Shown one piece after another: positions 28,015 to 36,952 of a stretch of DNA of 64,000 bases; the stretch's first letter is position 1; each line of letters opens with the position of its first letter. Below the pieces are notes generated by a model. The model searched no databases and was not told the DNA's origin. It worked only from the letters and a program-made list of their open reading frames with translations. Where the stretch lies: NCBI GenBank assembly GCA_944350085.1, contig CALVNY010000017.1, positions 44,659 to 108,658 on the forward strand, given 5' to 3'. The stretch is from an uncultured Clostridia bacterium (GTDB lineage: Bacteria; Bacillota; Clostridia; Christensenellales; UBA1242). Both the position numbers and the translations under genes were made by a program.

Positions 28015-28083
28015 GTGACTTCGGATGGTCCTATGCAAAGCAACATTTGTACGAACATCAAGTAAATTTTAGGAGGTAAAGTC
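28015..28083 (+). promoter_or_regulatory. 5' leader of rplS (possible L19 autoregulatory leader)
   Basis: About 70-nt untranslated leader between a good promoter and the AGGAGG RBS. It is locally GC-richer (GTGACTTCGGATGGTCC). The structure was not verified. Confidence 0.3.
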
Positions 28084-28428
28084 ATGAATCTTATAGATGC
28101 TATTGAAAAGGAAAATCTTAAACCAGAAGTAACAAGTTTTGATGTAGGCGACACTGTTAAAGTTTACGTTAAAGTTGTTGAAGGAAATAAAGAAAGAATC
28201 CAAGCGTTTGAAGGTGTTGTTATTGCTAAAAAGAGCAGTTCTGTTAGAGAAACTTTCACTGTTAGACGTGTATCTTTTGGTGTAGGGGTTGAAAAAACTT
28301 TCCCACTTCATAGTCCAAGAATTGACAAAATTGAAGTGTTAAAGAAAGGTAAAGTAAGACGTGCAAAACTATACTATTTAAGAAATCTATCTGGTAAGAA
28401 AGCAAAAATTAAAGAAAACAATAAGTAA
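28084..28428 (+). CDS. rplS: 50S ribosomal protein L19
   Basis: 114 aa. [38 protein letters not shown]. Confidence 0.96.
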   Translation: MNLIDAIEKENLKPEVTSFDVGDTVKVYVKVVEGNKERIQAFEGVVIAKKSSSVRETFTVRRVSFGVGVEKTFPLHSPRIDKIEVLKKGKVRRAKLYYLRNLSGKKAKIKENNK

Positions 28429-28442
28429 AATAGTATTTAAAA

Positions 28443-28469
28443 ATCCACAATTAATTTGTGGTTTTTTTA
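28443..28469 (+). terminator. rho-independent terminator after rplS
   Basis: CCACAA (28445-28450) / TTGTGG (28456-28461), followed by T7. Confidence 0.7.
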
Positions 28470-28470
28470 T

Positions 28471-28528
28471 TGCTATGCAAAGTTGCTTTTGTGGCTTAAT
28501 TGTGTTATTTTATCACTTTTGCATAGTA
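28471..28528. repeat. inverted repeat TGCTATGCAAAGT ... ACTTTTGCATAGTA with a spacer of about 31 nt
   Basis: The left arm at 28471-28483 and the right arm at 28515-28528 are complementary apart from one extra A. It lies between the rplS terminator and the comM upstream region. Confidence 0.5.
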
Positions 28529-28678
28529 TTAGAATTATTACAATTTCTAATTTATTTTTTATATGTATTTATATTAATAATATTATATATATAATATCTT
28601 AATTGAAAATTTTTTATATGCAAATTTGTTTGCGTATAATTTTTTTTTACTTTATAATGTTGATTAGTTGAGGTTAAA

Positions 28679-30211
28679 ATGTTATCAATTCTTAATAGTT
28701 TTTGTTTAAAAGGTTTGCAAGGCATACCTGTAAAAGTTGAAATAGACATAAATAACGGACTTCCGGGTTATGATATTGTAGGGTTAGTTGGAACAGCAAT
28801 TAAAGAAAGCAAAGAAAGAGTAAGAAGTGCAATAAAAAATAGTATGTTTCAATATCCAATAGTTAAAATAACCGTAAATTTAGCACCTGCAAATGTAAAA
28901 AAAGAGGGGCCATTGTATGATTTGGCAATTGCACTAGGCATATTATCTGCAACTGGTCAAGTTAATTTGGACAATGCAAAAGATTATATTATACTTGGCG
29001 AATTGTCATTAAATGGGGAAGTTAGAAAAGTAAATGGAGTGCTTCCAATTTTAATTTCAGCATTAGAACATAATTTTAAAAAAGTAATTATTCCTTATGA
29101 TAATAAAAATGAAGCAAGTTTTATTGAAGGATTAGACATTTATCCTGTTAAAAATTTAAAAGAAGCAGTGGCTTTTATAAATGGCGAATTGAATATTGAA
29201 AAGGTTTTACTTAATAGTTTTGAAGAATTGAAACAAAACAAAACATATTCTTACGATTTCAAATATGTTAAGGGTCAAAAAATGGCAAAACGAGCACTTG
29301 AAATTGCTGCTGCTGGTGGGCACAATTTGCTTATGGTTGGTCCACCGGGTAGTGGTAAAACAATGCTTGCAAAATGTTTTCCAAGTATCTTGCCAGATTT
29401 AACATTTGATGAAGCATTAGAAATAACTAAAATACATAGTATTGCTGGCGTTTTAGATGTTAATGAAGGCATAATTACAAATAGACCTTTTAGAAGCCCA
29501 CATCACACAACCACAACTGTTGCCTTAACTGGTGGTGGCAGAGATGCAAAGCCTGGAGAAATTAGTTTGGCTCATAATGGAGTTTTGTTTTTAGATGAGC
29601 TTCCTGAATATTCTAGACACACAATCGAAACATTGCGTCAACCTTTAGAAGATGGAGTGATAACAGTTTCAAGAGTTGAAAATTCAGTTGAATATCCAGC
29701 AAATTTTACATTAATTGCTAGTATGAACCCTTGTCCATGTGGAAACTTTGGAAGTAGGGATAAAGAGTGCAAATGTACACCTGCAAACATACAAAAATAT
29801 TTAAGCAAATTATCTGGACCTTTGATGGATAGAATAGATATGCACTTAGAAGTTGATAGTGTAAAATATATGGACCTAAAAAATGAAAAATTGGAAGAAG
29901 ATAGCCTTACTATTAAAAAAAGAGTGGATAAAGCAAGAAAAATTCAATTAGAAAGATTTAAAAATACAAGCATTTTTAGTAATTCAAAGATGACAGACAA
30001 TATGGTAAAAAAATATTGCAAATTAACTGAAACTGGCGATATGATGCTTCAATCGGCATTTGAAAATCTAAATTTGAGTGCAAGAGCATATAATAGAATT
30101 TTAAAAGTTGCTAGAACCATTGCCGATTTGGAAAATAGTGAAGACATACTTGATGAACACATTATTGAAGCAATTTCTTACAGAAGTTTAGATAAAAAAT
30201 ATTGGAATTAA
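28679..30211 (+). CDS. comM: YifB/ComM-family Mg-chelatase-like AAA+ ATPase
   Basis: 510 aa with an N-terminal Lon-like domain, Walker A GPPGSGKTM and Walker B VLFLDELPE. Confidence 0.9.
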   Translation: MLSILNSFCLKGLQGIPVKVEIDINNGLPGYDIVGLVGTAIKESKERVRSAIKNSMFQYPIVKITVNLAPANVKKEGPLYDLAIALGILSATGQVNLDNAKDYIILGELSLNGEVRKVNGVLPILISALEHNFKKVIIPYDNKNEASFIEGLDIYPVKNLKEAVAFINGELNIEKVLLNSFEELKQNKTYSYDFKYVKGQKMAKRALEIAAAGGHNLLMVGPPGSGKTMLAKCFPSILPDLTFDEALEITKIHSIAGVLDVNEGIITNRPFRSPHHTTTTVALTGGGRDAKPGEISLAHNGVLFLDELPEYSRHTIETLRQPLEDGVITVSRVENSVEYPANFTLIASMNPCPCGNFGSRDKECKCTPANIQKYLSKLSGPLMDRIDMHLEVDSVKYMDLKNEKLEEDSLTIKKRVDKARKIQLERFKNTSIFSNSKMTDNMVKKYCKLTETGDMMLQSAFENLNLSARAYNRILKVARTIADLENSEDILDEHIIEAISYRSLDKKYWN

Positions 30212-30212
30212 T

Positions 30213-31286
30213 ATGGAAAAAGAAGAAAAAATAATTTTATGGTTAAAAATGTTTGATTTCATTGATAATAAAAAAATTCTTTTATTAATTAATGATTTTG
30301 GTTCAGCATTAAATGTTATGCAAAACATTGATAAACTAAACAAATATTTTACAGCCGAAAATTTTAATAAATTAAAATATTCTTGTGATTTTAATTATTT
30401 GGATAATTACATTTTAAATTGCGAAAAGCAAGGAATAAAAATACTTACATATTTAAGTAAAGATTATCCAACTTCACTAAAAAATATTAATGATCCACCA
30501 ATGGTTTTATATTGCAAAGGAAACTTAGATTTGTTAAAATGTGAAAATTCTATTGCAATAGTTGGTAGTAGGCGTGTAACAAAGTATGGTACTGATGTTA
30601 CAACCAAGTTTGCTTGTGCATTAACAAAAGCAGGCTTGGTAATAATTAGTGGCTTGGCAGATGGGGTAGATTCTATTGCTCATAAATGTTGCTTAGATTT
30701 AAAAGGCAAAACCATTGCAGTTTTAGGAAGTGGATTAAATGAAATTTATCCATCAACAAACATTCCGCTAGCAAATAGAATTATTGATAATGGTGGTTTA
30801 ATTATTACTGAATACAAACCAAATGAAAAGGGGTTGTCTTTTCATTTTCCAAAACGAAATAGAATCATTGCTGGTTTAAGCAAAGGGGTTTTAATAACCG
30901 AAGCAACATTAAAAAGTGGAAGTATGCACACAAAAGATTTTGCACTAGAATATGGAAAGGAATTGTTTGTTGTTCCCGGTAGAATTACTGATATTTATAG
31001 TTTTGGATGCAATAGCGTTATAAAAAGTTTGCAAGGGTCAATGGTTTTATCACCACAAGATATTTTAGATGCTTATAATTTAAAATACGATAATATAATT
31101 CAAAAAAATGTACAAATATCAATTGACGAGCAATTAATTCTAAATATACTTAAAACCGATGAGTTGCATTATGATGAAATTTTAGAAAAATCTAAACTAG
31201 ATGTTAAAACTTTAAATACATTGCTTGTAAAATTGGAATTAAAAAAACTTATAACAAAATTACCTGGCAATTATTATTGCAAATAA
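30213..31286 (+). CDS. dprA: DNA processing protein DprA
   Basis: 357 aa. Rossmann-like DprA core (IAIVGSRRVTKYG, SGLADGVDSIAH) and a C-terminal winged-helix-like tail. Confidence 0.9.
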   Translation: MEKEEKIILWLKMFDFIDNKKILLLINDFGSALNVMQNIDKLNKYFTAENFNKLKYSCDFNYLDNYILNCEKQGIKILTYLSKDYPTSLKNINDPPMVLYCKGNLDLLKCENSIAIVGSRRVTKYGTDVTTKFACALTKAGLVIISGLADGVDSIAHKCCLDLKGKTIAVLGSGLNEIYPSTNIPLANRIIDNGGLIITEYKPNEKGLSFHFPKRNRIIAGLSKGVLITEATLKSGSMHTKDFALEYGKELFVVPGRITDIYSFGCNSVIKSLQGSMVLSPQDILDAYNLKYDNIIQKNVQISIDEQLILNILKTDELHYDEILEKSKLDVKTLNTLLVKLELKKLITKLPGNYYCK

Positions 31287-31303
31287 AGGAGTGTAGAAAT
31301 TTA

Positions 31304-33433
31304 ATGAAATTAGTTGTTATTGAAGGTATTGGTAAAAAGGACACAATAAAAAAATACTTGGGTTCTGATTATGAAGTTATGGCAACAAAAGGGCATATTA
31401 GAGACTTGCCTGAAAAAGAATTTGGTGTAAATTTAATAAAGAACTTTGAACCAAACTATCAAATAATTAATGACAAAAAAGAAATTGTTCAAGAATTAAA
31501 AAAGAAAGCAAGTGAAGCCGATAGTATTTATCTTGCAACCGACCCTGATAGAGAGGGGGAAGCAATTAGTTGGCATTTAGCATATATACTTGGTTTGGAC
31601 CCTAATTCTAAAATAAGAGTAACATTTAACGAAATTAGTAAAAATGCAGTAACTAATGGATTGCAAAATCCAAGAAGTATAAATAAAAATCTTTTTGATG
31701 CTCAACAAGCAAGGCGTGTTTTGGATAGAATAGTTGGTTACAAACTTTCACCAATTATATGCAAAAAAATTGCTCCAAAATTAAGTGCAGGTAGAGTTCA
31801 AAGTGCAGCATTGAAACTTGTGGTTGATAGAGAAAGAGAAATTTTGAATTTTAAACCAGAAGATTATTATGTTTTTCCAGCAGTTTTTTATAAGAACAAC
31901 GAAAAAGAAAATTTTAAAGCAAATTTAACAAAAGTTGATGGAAAAAAATTAGATTGTAAAAATGAAGATGATGCTAATTTAATTGTTGAAGAATTAAACA
32001 AAGGCAAGTACATAGTTTCAAGTGTAAAAAAGAGTATGGGAAAAACTCACCCAACACCTCCATACACAACAAGTACTATGCAACAAGATGCATTAAATAA
32101 ATTAAACTTCAACTTAAAGAAAACTACAAAATTAGCACAATCACTTTATGAAGGTGTTGACATTGAAGGGCATGGCAAAACAGCACTTGTTACATATATT
32201 CGTTCCGACTCTGTTAGAATTGCTCCAGAAGCAATAACAATGGCTAGAAATTTTATTCTTAACAACTTTGGTAAAGAATATTTGCCTGCAAAAGAAAATG
32301 TTTACAAAACTAAAAGTCAAGCACAAGATGCGCACGAAGCAATTAGGCCAATTAATCTTGATTTAACTCCATCAAGTTTAAAAGGTAAAATTAAAAGCGA
32401 AGGTGCTGACGATTTGTTAAAATTGTATGAAATGATTTATAACAAATTTTTGGCTTGTCAAATGGCTGATTCTACATATAATAGTGTTGTTGTTGAAATT
32501 AACAATGGTAAATACACGTTTAAAGCAATAGGCAAAACTCCATTATTTGATGGCTTTACAAAAGTTTATGCTAACAAAAATAAAAAGAAAAAATTGGTAG
32601 ACGAAACGGTTGAAGAAGAAGCAAACGATAAAATTCCAGCATTAAATGAAAATGATGAAGTGTTTGTTTTGGACAAATTAGACAAAGTTAAGAAAACAAC
32701 CAAACCACCTTCCAGATTTACTGAAGCTACTTTGGTTAAAGAAATGGAAGAAAAAGGCATTGGAAGACCAGCAACATATACTCCAACTATAACTGTTTTA
32801 GCAAGCAGAAATTATACTGAAAAAGATGGAAAAGAATTAAAACCTACAAGTTTAGGAATGTCTGTTGTTGATTTTTTAGAAAAATATTTTAGTAATGTAA
32901 TAAATGTAAAATTTACAGCACAAATGGAAAGCAACTTAGATAAAATTGCAGAAGAGGGAATTGAGTGGCAAAGTGTAATAAAAGATTTTTATACAGACTT
33001 TGCAAAGGAATTAGTTGCTGCAGACAAAGATAGTGTTAAAATTAAAGTTGAACCAAAGCAAACTGACCAAGTTTGTGAAAAATGTGGTAGCCCTATGGTT
33101 ATAAGAACAGGCAAGTTTGGAGAATTTTTGGCATGTAGTAACTATCCAACTTGTAAAAATGTGGCATCTTTAAATAAACTTAAAGAAGTTGCAAAATGTC
33201 CAAAATGTGGCAAACCTGTTTATGAAAGAAAAAGTAAAAAAGGTGCTATATATTATGGTTGCAGTGGATACCCTGAATGTGATTTTATAAGTTGGGAAAT
33301 TCCGTTAGATGAAAAATGCCCAAAATGTAATTCTTATTTAACATACAAAACTATATATGGAAATATAAGAAAAAAATGTAGTAACACAAGTTGTGATTAC
33401 ACAATAACCATACCAAAAGACAAAAAGGAATAA
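31304..33433 (+). CDS. topA: DNA topoisomerase I
   Basis: The ATG at 31304 (MKLVVIEG...) lies downstream of AAGGAG. Toprim domain, active-site Tyr context TYIRSDS, and four C-terminal CxxC...CxxC zinc ribbons. The track start at 31277 is a TTG inside dprA. Confidence 0.96.
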   Translation: MKLVVIEGIGKKDTIKKYLGSDYEVMATKGHIRDLPEKEFGVNLIKNFEPNYQIINDKKEIVQELKKKASEADSIYLATDPDREGEAISWHLAYILGLDPNSKIRVTFNEISKNAVTNGLQNPRSINKNLFDAQQARRVLDRIVGYKLSPIICKKIAPKLSAGRVQSAALKLVVDREREILNFKPEDYYVFPAVFYKNNEKENFKANLTKVDGKKLDCKNEDDANLIVEELNKGKYIVSSVKKSMGKTHPTPPYTTSTMQQDALNKLNFNLKKTTKLAQSLYEGVDIEGHGKTALVTYIRSDSVRIAPEAITMARNFILNNFGKEYLPAKENVYKTKSQAQDAHEAIRPINLDLTPSSLKGKIKSEGADDLLKLYEMIYNKFLACQMADSTYNSVVVEINNGKYTFKAIGKTPLFDGFTKVYANKNKKKKLVDETVEEEANDKIPALNENDEVFVLDKLDKVKKTTKPPSRFTEATLVKEMEEKGIGRPATYTPTITVLASRNYTEKDGKELKPTSLGMSVVDFLEKYFSNVINVKFTAQMESNLDKIAEEGIEWQSVIKDFYTDFAKELVAADKDSVKIKVEPKQTDQVCEKCGSPMVIRTGKFGEFLACSNYPTCKNVASLNKLKEVAKCPKCGKPVYERKSKKGAIYYGCSGYPECDFISWEIPLDEKCPKCNSYLTYKTIYGNIRKKCSNTSCDYTITIPKDKKE

Positions 33434-33434
33434 T

Positions 33435-34736
33435 ATGCAAGAAGTTAATATTGTTGGTGCAGGATTGGCAGGGTGCGAAGCATCTTACCAATTACTAATT
33501 AGGGGATACAAAGTTAATTTGTATGAAATGAAACCTAAAAAGTTTTCGCCTGCACATAAAAACCCTAATTTTGCTGAACTAGTTTGTAGTAACTCCTTAA
33601 AAAGTGAGGAAATAAACACATCTAGTGGGCTTTTAAAAAGTGAATTAACAAAACTTGGTTCACTTCTTATTTCTGTTGCAAAAAAAACAAAAGTTCCTGC
33701 TGGTGGTGCATTGGCAGTTGATAGAGAAGAATTTAGTAAATCTGTAACTGAAGAATTAAAAAAATTTAAGAATTTAACTATAATTAATGAGGAATTTACA
33801 AAAATAGATGTTACAAAACCAACAATTATAGCAACTGGTCCTTTAACTAGCGAAGCATTATGCAACGAACTAAAAAATTTATTAGGGGACGAATATCTTT
33901 ATTTCTTTGATGCTATTGCACCTATTGTAAATTTTAATAGCATTAATTTTGACATTGCATATTTTGCAGATAGATATGGAAAAGGAAATGGCGATTACAT
34001 AAATTTGCCTATGAATAAAGAGGAATATTTAAAGTTTTACAATGAACTGATTAATGCAGAAACAGTAAAATTAAAAGATTTTGAAAACACAAAAGTTTTT
34101 GAAGGTTGCATGCCTGTTGAAGTTATGGCAAAAAGAGGAATTGACACATTAAGATATGGTATGCTTAAACCTGTTGGATTAATTAATCCACGAACAAATA
34201 AAGAAGATTATGCTGTTGTGCAACTTCGTAGGGAAACTAATAATAACGATTTGTTTAACATTGTTGGCTTTCAAACCAATTTAACTTATCCTGAGCAAAA
34301 AAGAGTGTTTAGGCTTATTCCGGGGCTAGAAAATGCTGAATTTTATAGATATGGTGTTATGCATAGAAACACATTTATTAATGCTCCAAAAAACATAAAC
34401 AAGTTTTATCAATTAAAAAAATATCCAAACATATTTGTTGCAGGTCAGTTAAGTGGAGTTGAGGGGTATATTGAAAGTATTTCAAGTGGTTTGATGTGTG
34501 GAATTAATATGGCAAATTATTTGGAAAATAAACCACTAATTCATTTTTCTAATAAAACAATCATAGGGGCTTTAAGTGAATATATATCAACTGCAAATGA
34601 AAACAATTTTCAACCTATGAATAGCAATTTTGGAATTGTTGCAAAAATAAATGAAAAATTTAAAAATAAAAAAGATAAAAATACAAAAATTGCAGAACTT
34701 TCATTAAAAACTATTGACGAAATACTTAAAAAATAA
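33435..34736 (+). CDS. trmFO: methylenetetrahydrofolate--tRNA-(uracil54-C5)-methyltransferase TrmFO
   Basis: 433 aa. FAD-binding VNIVGAGLAGCEA and typical Gid/TrmFO sequence. Confidence 0.95.
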   Translation: MQEVNIVGAGLAGCEASYQLLIRGYKVNLYEMKPKKFSPAHKNPNFAELVCSNSLKSEEINTSSGLLKSELTKLGSLLISVAKKTKVPAGGALAVDREEFSKSVTEELKKFKNLTIINEEFTKIDVTKPTIIATGPLTSEALCNELKNLLGDEYLYFFDAIAPIVNFNSINFDIAYFADRYGKGNGDYINLPMNKEEYLKFYNELINAETVKLKDFENTKVFEGCMPVEVMAKRGIDTLRYGMLKPVGLINPRTNKEDYAVVQLRRETNNNDLFNIVGFQTNLTYPEQKRVFRLIPGLENAEFYRYGVMHRNTFINAPKNINKFYQLKKYPNIFVAGQLSGVEGYIESISSGLMCGINMANYLENKPLIHFSNKTIIGALSEYISTANENNFQPMNSNFGIVAKINEKFKNKKDKNTKIAELSLKTIDEILKK

Positions 34737-34789
34737 AAAATGTATGCTATACTTATTAAGTAGTTGATTTAAAAATTAAGGAGTAATAT

Positions 34790-35323
34790 ATGAGTGATTT
34801 AAAAGGTACAACTATTGTAGCCATAAAAAAAGATGGAAAAACTGCTATTGCAGGTGACGGGCAAGTAACACTTGGTGAACAAGTTGTTTTAAAAAACAAT
34901 GCAGTAAAAGTTAGAAGAATTTATAACGACAAAGTTGTTTTAGGATTTGCAGGTTCAGTTGCAGATGCCTTTGCTTTAAGTGAAAGATTTGAAGAAATGT
35001 TGCAAAAATTTAGTGGTAATTTAATGCGTAGTGCTGTTGAAATGGCACTAAGTTTTAGAGATGACCATTACAGAAAACTTGAAGCCATGATGATTGTTGC
35101 AGATAAGGATAAATTATTAATTTTGTCTGGTAGTGGTGAAGTTATTGAACCAGATGAGGGTGTTTGTGCTATTGGCAGTGGTGGAAATTATGCATTGGCT
35201 GCTGGGCGTGCACTTGTTAGAAACACTAATTTGTCGGCAAAAGAAATTGCAATAAAATGCATTGAAATTGCAGGAGATATTTGTGTTTTCACAAATAATC
35301 ATATAACTTGTGAGGAGGTTTAA
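34790..35323 (+). CDS. hslV: ATP-dependent protease subunit HslV (CodW-like)
   Basis: 177 aa. [11 protein letters not shown]...GDGQVT. There is a six-residue N-terminal extension before TT, as in the B. subtilis CodW type. Confidence 0.95.
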   Translation: MSDLKGTTIVAIKKDGKTAIAGDGQVTLGEQVVLKNNAVKVRRIYNDKVVLGFAGSVADAFALSERFEEMLQKFSGNLMRSAVEMALSFRDDHYRKLEAMMIVADKDKLLILSGSGEVIEPDEGVCAIGSGGNYALAAGRALVRNTNLSAKEIAIKCIEIAGDICVFTNNHITCEEV

Positions 35324-35326
35324 TAA

Positions 35327-36637
35327 ATGGAATTAACACCTAAACAAATAGTTGAAGAATTAGATAAGTATATAATTGGACAAGACAAAGCAAAAAGAGC
35401 AGTTGCAATTGCTTTAAGAAATAGATATAGAAGAAGTAAGTTAAGCAAAGAATTGCGTGATGAAATTACTCCTAAAAACATAATTATGGAAGGTCCAACA
35501 GGTGTTGGTAAAACTGAAATTGCAAGAAGGCTTGCAAAACTTGTTAAAGCACCTTTTGTTAAAGTTGAAGCCACAAAATACACCGAAGTTGGATATGTTG
35601 GCCGTGATTGTGAAAGTATGATTAGAGATTTAGTTGAAGTGTCAGTAAGGCTAGTTAAAGAAGAAAAAATAAATGAAGTTAAAGAAAAAGCAAAAAACAT
35701 AGTTTACACAAAACTTGCTGATATTCTTGAAAACACAAAAAAAGAAGATATAATCAAACAATACGGCGAATATTTAAGAGAAAAGTTAATTGAAAAAATT
35801 GATAGTGGCGAATATGATGATGAATTAATTGAAATTCAAATTGCATCACAACCAAAAAACATTGGCGTAATTGGTGGAATGGGTGCAGATATGGATTTTT
35901 CAAATGTTTTAGGAAGCATTTTCCCACCACAAAGAAAATTGAAAAAAGTTACAATAAAACAAGCAAAAGAAACTTTAATTCAAGAAGAATCAGACAAACT
36001 TATTGATAATGAAAATGTTAATGCCGAAGCAATAAGACGCGCTGAACAAGAAGGTATTGTTTTTATTGATGAAATTGACAAAATTGCAGGTAAAAGCGAA
36101 AGCAAAGGCCCTGATGTTAGTAGAGAAGGTGTTCAAAGAGATATTTTGCCTTTGGTTGAAGGAAGCACCGTAAATACAAAGTATGGTATGATTAGAACTG
36201 ATTACATTTTATTTATTGCAGCAGGTGCATTTCATATTAGCAAAGTTAAAGATTTGATTCCAGAATTTCAAGGCAGATTTCCTATAAGAGTTGAACTTCA
36301 AAATTTAACAAAAGATGATTTTTATAAAATTTTAACTCAACCTAAAAATGCACTAACAATGCAATATCAAGAACTATTAAAAGTTGATAATATAAATTTG
36401 ATTTTTAAAGAAGATGCGTTGCTTAGAATTTCAGAACTATGTGAAAAAGAAAACGAAGTAAGCGAAAATATTGGAGCAAGAAGATTACATACAATTTTAG
36501 AATTTTTGCTTGAAGATGTTTCGTTTAATGCAAATGGTGATGGAACTTTAAAAGATGTAATTATTGATAAGGAATATGTTGACAAAGCATTTAGCGACAC
36601 AACAAGAAAATATGACCTTAAAAAATATATATTATAA
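35327..36637 (+). CDS. hslU: ATP-dependent protease ATPase subunit HslU
   Basis: 436 aa. Walker A GPTGVGKTEIARRLA and Walker B VFIDEIDKI. Confidence 0.96.
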   Translation: MELTPKQIVEELDKYIIGQDKAKRAVAIALRNRYRRSKLSKELRDEITPKNIIMEGPTGVGKTEIARRLAKLVKAPFVKVEATKYTEVGYVGRDCESMIRDLVEVSVRLVKEEKINEVKEKAKNIVYTKLADILENTKKEDIIKQYGEYLREKLIEKIDSGEYDDELIEIQIASQPKNIGVIGGMGADMDFSNVLGSIFPPQRKLKKVTIKQAKETLIQEESDKLIDNENVNAEAIRRAEQEGIVFIDEIDKIAGKSESKGPDVSREGVQRDILPLVEGSTVNTKYGMIRTDYILFIAAGAFHISKVKDLIPEFQGRFPIRVELQNLTKDDFYKILTQPKNALTMQYQELLKVDNINLIFKEDALLRISELCEKENEVSENIGARRLHTILEFLLEDVSFNANGDGTLKDVIIDKEYVDKAFSDTTRKYDLKKYIL

Positions 36638-36640
36638 TGC

Positions 36641-36668
36641 TTGCATTAAATTAAAAATATGATATAAT
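36641..36668 (+). promoter_or_regulatory. sigma-A-type promoter TTGCAT-16-TATAAT (T-box leader/hisS)
   Basis: Hexamers at 36641-36646 and 36663-36668, starting 4 nt after the hslU stop. Confidence 0.5.
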
Positions 36669-36675
36669 AATTTTG

Positions 36676-36874
36676 TTTAATAAAATACGTAGGTAATTGG
36701 AATATTTTTAAAATATTTGTGACACTTTACTTAGTAGTAAGTTCGAAAAACTTTGTTTTAGGGCTTAACGGTTAATTCCCGTTATAGAATAATTAAGATA
36801 ATGCTATGCATTAAAAAGGGTGGCACCGTGGTTTATAAAATCGCCCCTTTGGTTTTTTAACCAAGGGGTTTTTT
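36676..36874 (+). promoter_or_regulatory. T-box tRNA-sensing leader (antiterminator/terminator switch) of the hisS-aspS operon
   Basis: T-box 14-mer AGGGTGGCACCGTG at 36817-36830. A terminator CCCCTTTGGTT/AACCAAGGGG plus T6 at 36844-36874 overlaps the antiterminator 3' arm. There is a promoter just upstream and an aaRS operon downstream. The Stem I details are unclear. Confidence 0.85.
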
Positions 36875-36952
36875 ATTTTTAATTTTAAAAAATTATGCTA
36901 CAATAAAATTTGAAGGTTATAATTTTTTTAATAGTTTAAAAGGGAGGATATT

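Noticed and set aside
28552-28749. 65-aa minus-strand ORF in the comM upstream region.
   Set aside because: It overlaps the comM start, has no RBS, and is an AT-rich low-complexity translation.
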